DNA of 64,000 bases. Origin: Styela clava. Its lineage: Eukaryota. The stretch is from assembly GCF_964204865.1 (NCBI RefSeq), contig NC_135263.1, forward strand, positions 9,424,001 through 9,488,000. Direction: 5' to 3'. The notes below the pieces were generated by a model. It was not told where the DNA came from, did no database searches, and saw nothing but the letters and a program-made list of their open reading frames with translations. The position numbers were made by a program, and so were the translations under genes. This document shows, piece after piece, positions 1-13,316 of this stretch; within the stretch, counting starts at the first letter, position 1; every line of letters starts with the position of its first letter.

Positions 1-183
1 TCTACAACTAATCCAAGACATAAATAAAAAAAAAATAAATAAATACAAACAAGAATGGTTGTCACTTGTCAAATAAGCTTGAGGGGCTGTGAGCCATGGA
101 AAATACAATCAGTTCCCATGTCACCCAAAATACATCACTTCAAAAACACGTTGAAAATGAAAATAAGGTGGACAGAACTATTG

Positions 184-3100
184 TTACGAAGATCGTTCTT
201 CTGCCTCAGGCGGAGTTTGTGTTTGATTCTGAAATGAAGCAGCAGGTGGTGCCAAACGAGATGAGAAACTGATAAGTTTGAAAACTGCTGATCTGAGGAT
301 AGATGGGCAGTTCTGACTTGCACACATATTTTCAAGAGCCAGTCTCAGTTCATAGAATGATAGCCTTAAAATAAATTAATGATAAGACATTGGTAAAGGA
401 AGATTTCAGTAAGAGAATACCATATAAATATGTATTACCTGCAGTATGGGTTTCTTCTCGATAAATATCTGTATGTCAAAAACTTGTAGTATAAAAATGG
501 TGCCAATATTGTAGTTCTTCCTCTGTTAAATAAAAATCTTTTTTGTTACTCAAAAAACTATAGATATGGAAAAGCTCTATTTAGGGGCTGTTAGTTTTGG
601 TAAGACATGTAAAGTATATACAACATGCTTTGATTAATAAAATACTGGAATTTGGAATACTCATGTTCACGTTTTTGCATAAAAAGGGAAAGACTGTAAA
701 AAAAATTACATTTATTCTTTTAAAAAATCCAATGAGAAACTTCAGCCTGGCGTTATTTGCATAACTTTTTAGGATTGGGTCATCTTTCTGACAGACAAAC
801 GAAAAATAGTAGAAACTACAAATATCTATATGAGAGTAAACCGAATACTGGCAAAAAATTTATCTTCAAGGTGGAGCAAGTTTAATAATAGTAACAACCT
901 AACAAGTATTTGATATATTTGAACAATATATAATATAATAATATATACACTGGGATTGGTATGTGAACTTGCAGAACCCCTCAGTCTCAATAAATAAAAA
1001 TATATTTTACTTTCAACAGATGAAGGGCTTGAGACTTTAAAATTTTAGAAGTTGTGTCGCAACTACTTACATAAAGATCATAGCTATCGTTGTTGGCATG
1101 ATCAAAATTTCATTCAATGCTATGAAACGAAACAATGTAGCTTGATGTCGAGCAACGTGGTTGATAATTTTTCTTAGAGCAGGATATGAATTAGGTCCGT
1201 GAACATCTAACATTTGTCTTGTAAAACTACACGCATGAAGAAGAGCAAAAACCGTAACAGGTACCAGAGCAACTGAAAAAGTGATGTTGTAAAATGTAAT
1301 CATTCTTGACATGAAAAAAAGCATGAATAAAATGTTTAATATAGAGAATATTATGACAGCAAAACGAAATTCTAATACAACTCAAGGTGGGACTAAACAG
1401 CATAAAAATGAAGATTTGTATTCATTTCTATTTTCAAAAATTTGGCATCTAGCGTATTTAAAATTAGATGAGTAGTGCATAGGAAATAACAAAAACATGA
1501 TATAACTTCAAATTCACATACTTGTTATAGGGTGACTTGTCAAAAATATGAGAGAATACATAAGATAATGAGCACTGTCTTCTACCATCATCTGAGCAAA
1601 ATGTTGGCGAGTCATACGAAAATCTGGAATTCTTTGATGTAATCGCAATGCACATATTACACCATTAGAAAGCATCGCTCTTTGAAAATATTGTCCCATA
1701 TCGAATGCACTAAAAAACATAAAAATGTATTTAGGCTACCAGTACATACTATTTCAGAAAAATATACAAGAACTTTCAGTAATACCATTAGAATAAAAAA
1801 CACCATAGGTGTAACGTAATTAGTACATCTTAAAAATGTACCATTATTAGTTAGTAGGCCTATATATATTACCCTAATGAATGCAAACATTAACAGAAAC
1901 ATTAGCATATAAATATCATGTTACCTGCAGAAAAACATGTATTGAATACTGAGGAAAATTGTGTATAATCTCATCACCCACATTGCTGTGCCAATTTTTC
2001 TGGCAGACATAAAATTCTGAAATTATTAACAAACAATCATTTTTCTTATATTGATTTGCATTAGTTATAATCCGGTGATTGAAATCGATTGATGTGATGG
2101 AAAATTGCTTCCTCATCTTCTATTGGGAAACCACTCATACTATCCAAATATTCAATATGGATAAACTGTTATTTCATTTCTGAATAAGAATAGGATGGGA
2201 TTTACGTATCCTGGGGAAGAGGAGAGCCGATAAGACGGCTTAATCATATTGCAAACCACAGCCTCTTGGGCAGTTACCATTCCATGTCAAGTATGGGATT
2301 AGTTAGTTATTTTCGAACTGAATTTTTATCATTAGCCAGATAATTTTGACAATCATTTTGCGACCACTTAAACTTACAAAAATATTTACGAATTATCAGT
2401 TTTTGATAACATCATTACTGCATTATGATGGTCTAAGTTGCATTGAATCTAATATGCCATCAACAGTACCCGTACCGGTATATACCTATATTGACGAGAA
2501 CAAATTCGATCCCTAACTGGGTAAAACCAGAAACCCACCTTCAACTCAGAACTGGTACCTCAGTACCTACTGAATAAGGGGTCTCGTGTAGTTTCGTACC
2601 TAACGTACTTCTAGTGGGCGTAGCATAACAATTTTTTGATATATCAATCCTAACGCCTATCTGATTACGCCATCCAAAAATTAAATCACTACGACATCAC
2701 AATCACGGCATAGAGCTTGCCAAATATACGCACAATCGACCGAAACGGCATTGGTGCCGACGATAAAAAACTGACTGACGTTATCGGTCTCTCTCCTATT
2801 GGAATCGTTGCGACGAGAGAACTAACTGTTCGATTTCGGTTGCTCGTTTGCGCGTCTTGGATGGCAGTTCGATAGTTTGAAGGGCTCTATTACGTCACTG
2901 CTGCACTGTGACGTCGTAATGACGTAATTTTTGGATGGTGTTGTCAGGTGGGGGTTAGGATTGATACGGTACCGGTACGTGAAAAAATTTTCATGCTACG
3001 CCCACTAGAAGTATGTTAGGTAAGAAACTACATGAGACCCCTGAATAAGTTGTTGAATGTATTGCATATTCTGACATTACTATGTTAGCTAACAGACTGC

Positions 3101-3264
3101 TGCTTGTGGTGTGTGCTGCCATTTTTTGTACGGTACCGTACCCTGGCGCATTTGAAAATGGATTATCTAGGTTCTGAAGTTAAGCATACCAGAATAGAAC
3201 CAGTGTCCCTAGCTTCCTGGGCGCCCGCTTCTTCACGTCGTCGTTCCTCTGATCGTTCCGACAT
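184..3264 (-). CDS. TMEM33: Transmembrane protein 33 (ER/nuclear envelope; Pom33/Tts1 family), 6 coding exons: 3264-3190, 2016-1925, 1709-1522, 1272-1071, 522-439, 364-184
   Basis: Spliced translation MSERSEERRREEAGAQEARDTGSIL/NFMSARKIGTAMWVMRLYT...ALRLHQRIP...MVEDSAHYLMYSLIF...FALLHA...NEILIMP...YYKFLTYRYLSRRNPYCRLSFYELR...SRLAPP follows recalled TMEM33 motifs. All junctions are GT-AG with consistent phases; stop TAA at 186-184. Confidence 0.93.
2190..2310 (-). repeat. SINE-like dispersed repeat fragment (copy 1)
   Basis: TAGGAT..ATTTAC..TATCCTGGGGAAGAGGAGAGCCGATAAGACGGCTTAATCAT..CCATGTC..TATG..ATTAGTTA recurs at about 6663-6720 and 49583-49700. The minus strand ends in ATCCT-type repeats, as expected of a SINE tail. 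Confidence 0.55.
2578..3041. mobile_element. MITE with about 130-bp imperfect terminal inverted repeats, in TMEM33 intron 1
   Basis: Left end GGGGTCTCGTGTAGTTTCGTACCTAACGTACTTCTAGTGGGCGTAGCAT; right end ATGCTACGCCCACTAGAAGTATGTTAGGTAAGAAACTACATGAGACCCC. Flanked by the direct repeat TGAATAA (2571-2577, 3042-3048). Confidence 0.88.
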
Positions 3265-3623
3265 CTTGGAGCTTGATATCTACGATTATGAAATGGTGTA
3301 CACTACGGTACCGAAAACGAAAGTGCAGAGGCAAGATGAAAAACACCAGAACTCAACCTTTAGCAATGTAGCAAGCCCCACAATCGAATTTCAAAATTAT
3401 TGTTCGAGAAGTGCTGAGTCATTCGGATTTATGGTAATTCCGGATAATGTCCATGCATCATAATTCAATTCGTTTATTTTACCAGACCACCGTTGTCCAT
3501 GTCGAATAAAACTGACAAATCAATTAACACAGGAAAGTACAAAAATAGCGCAGAATATTTTTATCACAGTAAAATACCACAATATCAGCAAAAATAGCAG
3601 CTAATATGAATCAAATTTACAGT

Positions 3624-6566
3624 TAGGCGCGAGCCGAGGCCATGAAAAACGCCTAGAAAGTGAGTTTCGTAGCGCACATCAGGTAACTACCTGAAAATGA
3701 TTTCAAAATGTTCCTTGAAAGTTTAGTAACAAATATTGCCTTGTTCCCACTTACAAAAGTTGCACGTTTACGGAAAAGACGCTTTTACTACAAGAAATAT
3801 GTGCTACGATCTGTCCTATATTCTCTACATTTTCGACAATGAACGATGACTTCTGCATGACGTAACAATTGAATCGAATCAGCTGTTAGCGAGCGGATGA
3901 ATATTAGTTATTACTGCTCGACCTTGCGTTGAGATGGGCAGCCTTTCCATAGCCCTGTTTGATTAGTATTAGTTATGTTATGCTAGGACGTTGTTGAAAA
4001 ATGTATAAATAAGTTATTAAACACTTGTAGATCCTTACCACGGATATGGGCCGTGAGACGAAGCCTTGAAAACGCCCAGAAAATGAGTTTCGTAGCGCAC
4101 ATCTGGTAACTAAATAAATTCTTCAGTTTTGTGTGAAAATGAACATACTGAACGCATTACAGCTTGTTCCACAATCCTTATGCGAAACTGAATATAAGAG
4201 GTTCCCGGAAATTCAATAACCATAAGTTCACAACACATACATAAGAACTATGCAATTCGAGAGCTCTACAGCACACTAACACAAATGTATTCCTGTAATG
4301 TTTTGCCTGACCAAAATCGGACTTCCTCAGTCAATCATAATTTATTAGGTAGATTACGAAAAATATGGCATACATGTAACCAACAACAAAAAATACTTTA
4401 ATTGTGTGACAGGAGTTGCGAGTGACCTCGGAAGCAGCGACACCAACAACGCTGATTCACATTAGCGAATAAATTTTATGTAATAACCACGAGCAGTTTA
4501 CAACAAGAACAGCATAAAAAGCTACATCCATTTTATAGAAGCTATCAAACGTATTTATTTTTAAGCAATGAAGTCACAAATTAACATTGTGAGCACGAAA
4601 ACACAAATAAATCAGTTATTTCTCACTCAGAAATTTACCAGAAAAGTCAAGAAAATTAAATGAATGTACAATATGTACATAACATAGTGAACAGAAATAT
4701 TACAATTAGTCATTTTTTAGTTTGTGTGGTTATGTATTTGAACAAAGGCAATATTATTTCTAGAAACAGAACTACGACACTAACAAATGTTCCAATAACA
4801 AATAAATGATACTTATTAAATCAACTGCAATATCTAATTCACTTTCTTCTGAATTGTTTTCGAAATCCACTATCTCGAAAATCGACTTTTCCTCTATAAG
4901 TGTACTGTGATTTTGCAGTCAATACAAAAACAAAAATCTGTGCAATTTAAGTTGATTTTGGCACACTTGCATAAATTATTTTGACTATTTTTCTTACACT
5001 TGCAGTTTGCCAACTCAAGAACTGATTTGAGGGCCACATGCTTCTTCAGTGAATCATTGTTGGGTGGGAGAGTATAATCCTTATGTTTGCCAGTGCCCTG
5101 GTATCATTTACATTCTTCATATCCTCTTCATACAGTGAACGAACAAATTCCTCAGCTTTATTTATTAATGCCTCGTTAACCTCAAAAGATCTTCATAGTT
5201 GAGAAAAAATGAATTGAAAACCACAATGAAGTCTCCAACATGAGTTTGATGGGCAGTTCCAATTGCAGAAAAGTGCTAAAGTATTTCAATATGAATAGCC
5301 CATCTAAGCTGTTTGCAACTATTATGATTCTCAAATACCTTTACGCTTCAAGACTTCTTGTTTAATCCATTTTATAGCACTGATAGCAGCAGGGATTAGA
5401 GCCTGCGTTAGGTCGGATTGGTGGAACATTGCCGTCTTCTTTTGTAGTACAGTATCTAAAATGAGGAAGAAAATCATATTTGGAACAGCATGAGTGTAAA
5501 AATACCACTAAATACTAACTAATACCTTGAATACATACCGTAATGCATTTTATCTGTTGTACTCAATGAGCGTATGTACTACAGTCCAGCAGTGTTTGCA
5601 TACCATTACTAGACTATATCTACGCTAAATTTTGATATATCACAGTCTGAAATGCCCTATGACAGTATGAGTATGGACTATAGGCCTAGAGTCTAGGCCC
5701 TAGACTATATTTTAAAACATCAACTGTCTGTCTACAACTTGATTTCTCACCTCTCAATCGTTTCCAATGCTACTTTCTTTCCACTCCGGCATAACTTACC
5801 GTATCATTGCTTCCCATTGCTTTCTTGTCGACTCTATGAATTCAGATTTAGACCAACCGACATTAGTGAAATTGATTATTTTCTTCTCTTTCACACAACC
5901 GTTCATTACAGAAACAGCCATTAATTTCTATTTCCAGATATGCTGTGGCCTATATAGTAGTATAAGTCTGCTGAATAGTCAAGAAGAGTCATTAAATTAA
6001 TCATAAACATTTCATGCAAGCCAGAAAATATCGTTGTTTGTGACATATTATTCTAGGTCTAGCCTTCCTTGGAATTACCGCACCGTACCTATTTAACAAC
6101 GTCTTATGAGCTAGGGCTCAACTAAAATTGCTATTTATGGTAAGGATATACAAGTGTTTAATATCTTATTTGTACTTTTCAGCACCTCCTTAGAATAACT
6201 GAACTAATAATAACTGAAAAAAAAACGATGGAAAGGCTACTCAACGCAAAAGCGAGCAGTAGTAGTACATCTGATATTCATCCGACCACTGGAGATTCAC
6301 CTACAGCTGACTAATTTGATTGTCACGTCATGCAGAAGTCTGCGTTCATTGGCCCATGATAACGAAAAGGCAGAGAAAATAGGACAGATGGTAACACATA
6401 TTTATTGTAGTAAAAGTGTATTTTCTGTAAAACGTGCAACTTTTGTAAGTGGGAACAAGGCAATATTTGTTACTAAATTTCTAAGGAACATTTTAAAATC
6501 ATTTTCAGGTAGTTTCCTTATGTGCGCTACGAAACTGAAAGATAAATGGCCTCGGCTCGCGGCCTA
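3624..6566 (-). mobile_element. Academ-like DNA transposon, internally deleted/decayed
   Basis: TIRs of about 330 bp (3624-3950 vs 6228-6566), termini TAG...CTA, 3-bp TSD AGT (3621-3623, 6567-6569). Minus-strand remnant at about 4897-5190 reads ...KAEEFVRSLYEED...LPPNNDSLKKH..SVLELANCKCKKNSQNNLCKCAKINLNCTDFCFCIDCK, resembling the Cys-rich C-terminus of AcademX proteins (from recall). Confidence 0.75.
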
Positions 6567-6662
6567 AGTAAAATCCCGCAAAATCGACAAAATAACTGCT
6601 AATATGAATTAAGTTTAATCATCATAAATATGCAAAGTCACTAAGGTTGTTGATGTTTTTTT

Positions 6663-6720
6663 TAGGATTAGGATTTACACTTATTTATCCTGGGAGAGGA
6701 AAGGCGACAAGGCTTATTAT
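6663..6720 (-). repeat. SINE-like repeat fragment (copy 2)
   Basis: TAGGATTAGGATTTACACTTATTTATCCTGGGAGAGGAAAGGCGACAAGGCTT matches the fragments at 2190 and 49583. Confidence 0.45.
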
Positions 6721-7949
6721 TTTACCATGCTGACGCACTAAACATACAGAATGTAGAATAACTGAAAAAATCGCATTTCGGATTGACAGGAAACGCGGAA
6801 AACCGATACTGATTATCGAGCAGCGTAGCGTCACCCATATAGGAGTCTAACAGAAATTATTAAAAAGAATATATAATAAAAAACATTTTAGTACGTTAAT
6901 CGCACGTTTCAACATAAGAAAAACGACTGAGCACTGGATAGAAATTAACAAAATACTGATGACGAACTAATAGGTACCGGTATATATAATAACTTTATTC
7001 TTTTTGCAGAACAAAAGTAAACAACGCTTGAATGGCAAGTTTCTTAGGTTATTCAGTCACCACGAAGGCGAAACATGAATGATAAAAGCATTAACTAGTA
7101 TTTCACAAAAAAATACAAATCTCGAAATTAACTTTGAAACACACATAAAATTATGACAAAAAGTCAAATACAGATTTTACAGCCGCATGTTTGCTCACTC
7201 ATGAAATAAATTAGAATTATGGTATTTATTTCCTAATATAGAAAAGTCAAACGGATTGAAAATAATTTCACCTTTTATTTATGGTAAATACAGTCCAAGC
7301 ATGAGAATGGTAAAAATACCAGATAATTGTTGTAGAGTAGCAATTGCATAACCATATAGTTGGATCCTCCCTCAGTATACAATATCAACACACATCAAGC
7401 TATTTTCGTTTATCCCTGCACCCTAGTTACAATAAAAATTGTTATTCAATGATGTCCGACATTTGGGCCTTGTCATTTTTATTCAAGTAATCTTTGACTG
7501 AAATTTCAAAAATTTACGAATAAAACTGGTAGAATATAGAAATCATTTTATCTGCTTTCATCCGCCCCGTAATTAATGAGAAATCTTATGAAACTGTTAA
7601 ATGGCCTGTTAAATTTATGTCATTAGCTCAGAGATTTTCATGAATTATATACGAAGCATAGATACCAGATGTATTGAAGATCATGAATGAAAGAGTACGG
7701 ACTTTTCGATTTCATATTGGAACGGACGTAATTACTATATCCCCAAATCCAACCCGAATGTGTCCATTTTATTAGTTTCAATAATTTCTGTATTATGTTA
7801 TGATACTTAGTAGGAACTCTTAATTGGAATGCTCCAAACTTATGATAAGCTATCTCTAAACATATTGGTTGTAACTAAAACACAAATATATAAAGATGAT
7901 ATAAAGAACAGATGATATTGATTGCGACTTCATTTCCACCGCATAACTT

Positions 7950-8256
7950 CCACGTGGACTCGACACTATATTTTCCTATTTGTCAGTACAGTATATACAG
8001 TATTCCCCGCAACTATTGTATGAACAGGTCATCACGTGATATATTCATTTGTATGAGCAGTGGGTTCCTTTGGCGAAGTACGTTACATATGTGTACTGCG
8101 TATATGCGGGCCACACATAAATGGAAAATGACGCAAATGAGACGTCCGTTTCACTCACCATGCGCAATGTATTTTATTCTCTCATTTTTGATCCACGATC
8201 TCTCGTTTCACGTATCTTCGAATGACGTGGCTGACGCGAAAGTACAATATATAAAG
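7950..8256 (+). promoter_or_regulatory. Putative proximal promoter of the ARF-like gene: clustered ACGT-core (bZIP/bHLH) sites plus TATA box
   Basis: CCACGTGG 7950, TCACGTGA 8032, TGACGCAA 8129, TGACGTGG 8223, TGACG 8232, TATATAAAG 8248-8256; the ATG is at 8445. Confidence 0.45.
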
Positions 8257-8444
8257 AAGGTTGTATGCGATATCTTCTATACATCGAAAAGTGGCGGAGC
8301 ACTAGAATATATAATTTACAAACTTGATTATTTAATCTAGGCTTTTTTTACTAATACGTATTTAATTACAAATATTAATTTTACTTGCACATATGCAGTT
8401 ACATAATATATAATAACGGAAATCATAGGCGAAATTGTTCGAAA

Positions 8445-9687
<1,243 letters not shown>

Positions 9688-11690
9688 TGTGTATCAGAGC
9701 TAACGTGTATTTTCAGCTTATGGCATTAAGATCATCTGGACCAATATCGCAAAATATGCAGCTCTACATAAAACTTGGTATTACTCTAATATCTAAAGTT
9801 TAGTGTTCTGTTTTTCAGTTTCCTACCAATATTCCTACTGCTAATAAAGCGTGTTATAATCAAAACCTTGTGTCTTAATTGCCTCATATATTTTCTATCA
9901 TTTTATACTTTGGTAAACTAAAATTTATCTAGATTGATATTTCATTTATTTTCTCTACCGGACTGATTCAAAGTTTTCTAACTGTTTAAGTGCATAATGT
10001 ATAAAAGTTTTTTTTAAAGCCTGTACATTTTTATAGGATTTTATATCACATTTATTATCTTATATTTGAGTTTTTTAAAAATTTATATGTTGTAATATAA
10101 ATATTTCATAGTTATTTTATTTCATCTTCAACTATACAGTTAACCACGAATTTTTATAGCCAACAGAATATAAAGTGACTAAATTGTAAAGCAACCAAAT
10201 GAAGTCACGTTTTAACATTTCCAATTAATTGTTGCGTTTTATCGAGTCCTTATAATAAACTGTTGATTTCCTATACAAATTTCATATCGCCGATTTCAAG
10301 CAGGACTGCACCAAATGAGCCATCTTCGTCCATACCCACAATGTCAAGATATAATCCAAGACAACACTTCTTCAAATGTAAAAGATTCTTATTAGTGCAA
10401 TTTAAAAGTTTAGACAATTCCATAAGAGTATTGATAAACGCATATCTAATTTTATCCTCATAAACAGAAATAAACAGAGAGCAACAAAGAGACGTCTTAT
10501 TGTCAAGTTACAACAACGCGCTTGATATACTGTTACTGCATTTTAATACTGAGCCCGACTATTCGTACATTGTATTGTTTAATTGGCACACTAGCTCAAT
10601 AGTGTTGACACTAGGGGCTGAGAAACCTATTTAATTTATTTTTTGATTCAACTCACGCGACCGATTCGGACTTGATTAGTATATACCAAAAAGATGAAAA
10701 TACCGCCGCTCACAATGGGGTATTTTGGTTACTCATCCCAAGACTCGTATGGAAAAAATGAGAAACCAAATCATTGAAAACTAAATACATTAAAAATCTA
10801 TAATTTTTTTTATATAATGTAATATTTTCATTGGGAAAACACCGATACGTAAGTATACCTCGAGGCAATGCACTTCTATATGTAGTTTTTAGGTATGTTT
10901 ATAGAATCTGTTCGGTATAAGACTGAAGTAGACTTGAAGAATACTAGACCTCAGTTGAGAACTATATCATGAGTGTATGCATTGACAGAGGGTGCTAAGA
11001 TTTTGTGTAATTGACTGAACGGCATTTCTCATGCAACGATACTTGTAACGAGATTGTAATAGATTGATAAATATCAATAATGCATTTCCTTTCCACAAAT
11101 TAGTCAGTACATTCTATTGCTGGATCACTCCCGAACTTCTTCAGAAAAAACATATAAGTGTTAAGGTAATATGATGAAGATTTTAGAGTAAAGTTAACGT
11201 GCTACTGTGCTATTTTTCTAGCAAAAGTAATCAATTTTGAAATGTATACACTCTCTTTGTATTTTCTGTTATCTACTACAGAAAAGAAGCAAAAGGGAAA
11301 TAAAATGTAGTTGTAGTAAATGTAGTAAATACATTGTAGTTGAAAAAATACATCCATACATATAGTACAATTGTTAACTAGCAGTAACGCAATATAATCA
11401 GTTCATTATTATGTATAAAATAATTGCTCAAGTCAAACAATAAACGTTCTTTGGATTCAACTTTACCTCTACCCCGCAATCACTTAAGCCTAGTAACAAC
11501 GAGTGACATTCAACATTATCAAAGAATCCACATGCCTCAAGTTGTCACTCTTTATAAAATTGCAGTACTTTATTTCGATTAAATGAGGTTTTTCTCTGAT
11601 TTCGATATTTTATTTTCAACTTGTATACATCTTCGTTATTAGATCGTTATAATTTTTCTATTAATATAATTTCAATTACGAGATTTTAAT

Positions 11691-13193
11691 ATGTTCAGTC
11701 GCTCAATCCTCGCATATATATTTCTTATTATGAGTTGCTCATTTCACATATCGGCATCCAGTTCTGTATGTAAGCAAGTTGAAAACGTTTGGGAAAATTT
11801 GTGTTCTGAAGATAAGGAATCATCTGTTGCTATAGAAATCGCTCAGGGAAGACCAGGGAAAAGAGGCCCACCGGGCCAGAAAGGTGACACAGGAAAAACT
11901 GGCCCACCAGGTCCGCCAGGAAATTGGGATTATGAGGAAATTCAAAAGAAATTTGATCGAAAACTTCAGTCAGGTATTGATTTAATAAAAGGGCTGCGCT
12001 TGTAATACTAATCTAATTACCGGAAGACTCTTATAGATTGACTTCTACACACATTATCGGTAAATGTTGACCATTTGAATTTCAGTCGAAGAAAGACACA
12101 ATAAGGAAACAAGGGAATTGAAAGAAAGAATCAATAGAATGGAAAGCATTATGGAAACTATAAATAAGGAAATGACTACTGCAACTCAAGAAAGTAAAGA
12201 AAACTTATTTGTTACTCTGTTAAACAATTTTTATGAAGTATCGTCACGTTTACGTTGACCATAAATTAAAATGGTTATTTTTATCCTGTTACGATTACGA
12301 TGTGCTGTATGGCGATATAATGATTTGCCTCTCATTTTTTGTAATTGATTTTTTTGAAATTTTAAATAGTGCCAAAGCAGCTTTTCCGATTCCGTTTCAA
12401 ATGGACAAGAGTCAATCGTATTATGGATCAATGTTATTTGATGAGTGAAGCAATAAAACTTTTAATTTATAATTACCATTGGAAAATAATACGATTAATC
12501 AAGTCAATTTCTTGAAAATCATATTGGTCCAATAACGTGATGAGGTTACTTCTATATACCAAATCTTTAGGATGTCTACAGAATGCTTACCATTTCACCA
12601 GCGGTGATCAAATAAAGGATTTTATTCGCGTGAAAACAGTCGTGCCAACCATAACATCTATAACCGTTTGTGCATGGCTGAAACCTCCAAAAGGAAGCGT
12701 CGTCAAAGGCAGCTTGATAAGTTATGCAACATCAGCAAGTTCGAATGCATTTTTAGTTTATTTTAACGAAAAAAACGAACTGCAGGTCTTTCTCAACGGC
12801 GAAGCTAACCACAAGACGATATCTGTGCGCTTGGAAACTAAAACTCATTTTTGTGTATCTGCTGTACCAGTCGCCGGCTTTGCTGATGTATACATCAACG
12901 GAAAACTGTTACTCAGACTGAAATCTACAGAGAAAAGAAATCCTGTAGTTGGAGGAGGTTCTTTGATAATTGGACAAGAGCAAGATTCTGTTGGTGGAGA
13001 TTTTGCAGCATCACAATCGTTTGCTGGCACTATTGAAAGTTTCATGATGTGGTACAAACAGCTAGATTCCAATCAAATAAAAGATTTATATGAAAACAAG
13101 TGTCCATGCTACAAAAAGGACACAAATGCTATTGATGGCAAATTTCTAATCGAAGGCAAAGTTCAATCTGAAATCAAAGTCTGCAAGTACTAA
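11691..13193 (+). CDS. Secreted collagenous pentraxin: signal peptide + C-x10-C + 9 Gly-X-Y triplets + coiled-coil neck + pentraxin domain; exons 11691-11973, 12086-12193, 12571-13193 (337 aa)
   Basis: Exon 1 MFSRSILAYIFL..CKQVENVWENLC..QGRPGKRGPPGQKGDTGKTGPPGPPGNW; exon 2 VEERHNKETRELKERINRMESIME; exon 3 ITVCAWLK..LISYAT..HFCVS..YING..GGSLIIGQEQDSVGGDF..QSFAG..MW, a pentraxin motif set. Both introns are phase-1 GT-AG and the frame is open to TAA. Confidence 0.88.
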
Positions 13194-13316
13194 AACAATT
13201 TATATAAAGCATATATATATGATGCATAAAAATGATATATGTACATGAATAAATATCTAATCAACTGTAAAATTGACAACATTATTGTAAGATTTTGTAT
13301 ATATATATTGCTTATG

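Noticed and set aside
3104-3463. 119-aa plus-strand ORF
   Set aside because: It overlaps TMEM33 exon 1 in antisense, starts at TTG and has no recognisable motif.
7912-8340. 142-aa ORF upstream of the ARF-like gene
   Set aside because: No homology recognised; the region is better explained as promoter sequence.
10270-10510. Open minus-strand frame (..EDKIRYAFINTLMELSKLL..)
   Set aside because: Short, bounded by stops, with no recognisable domain or convincing splice partners.
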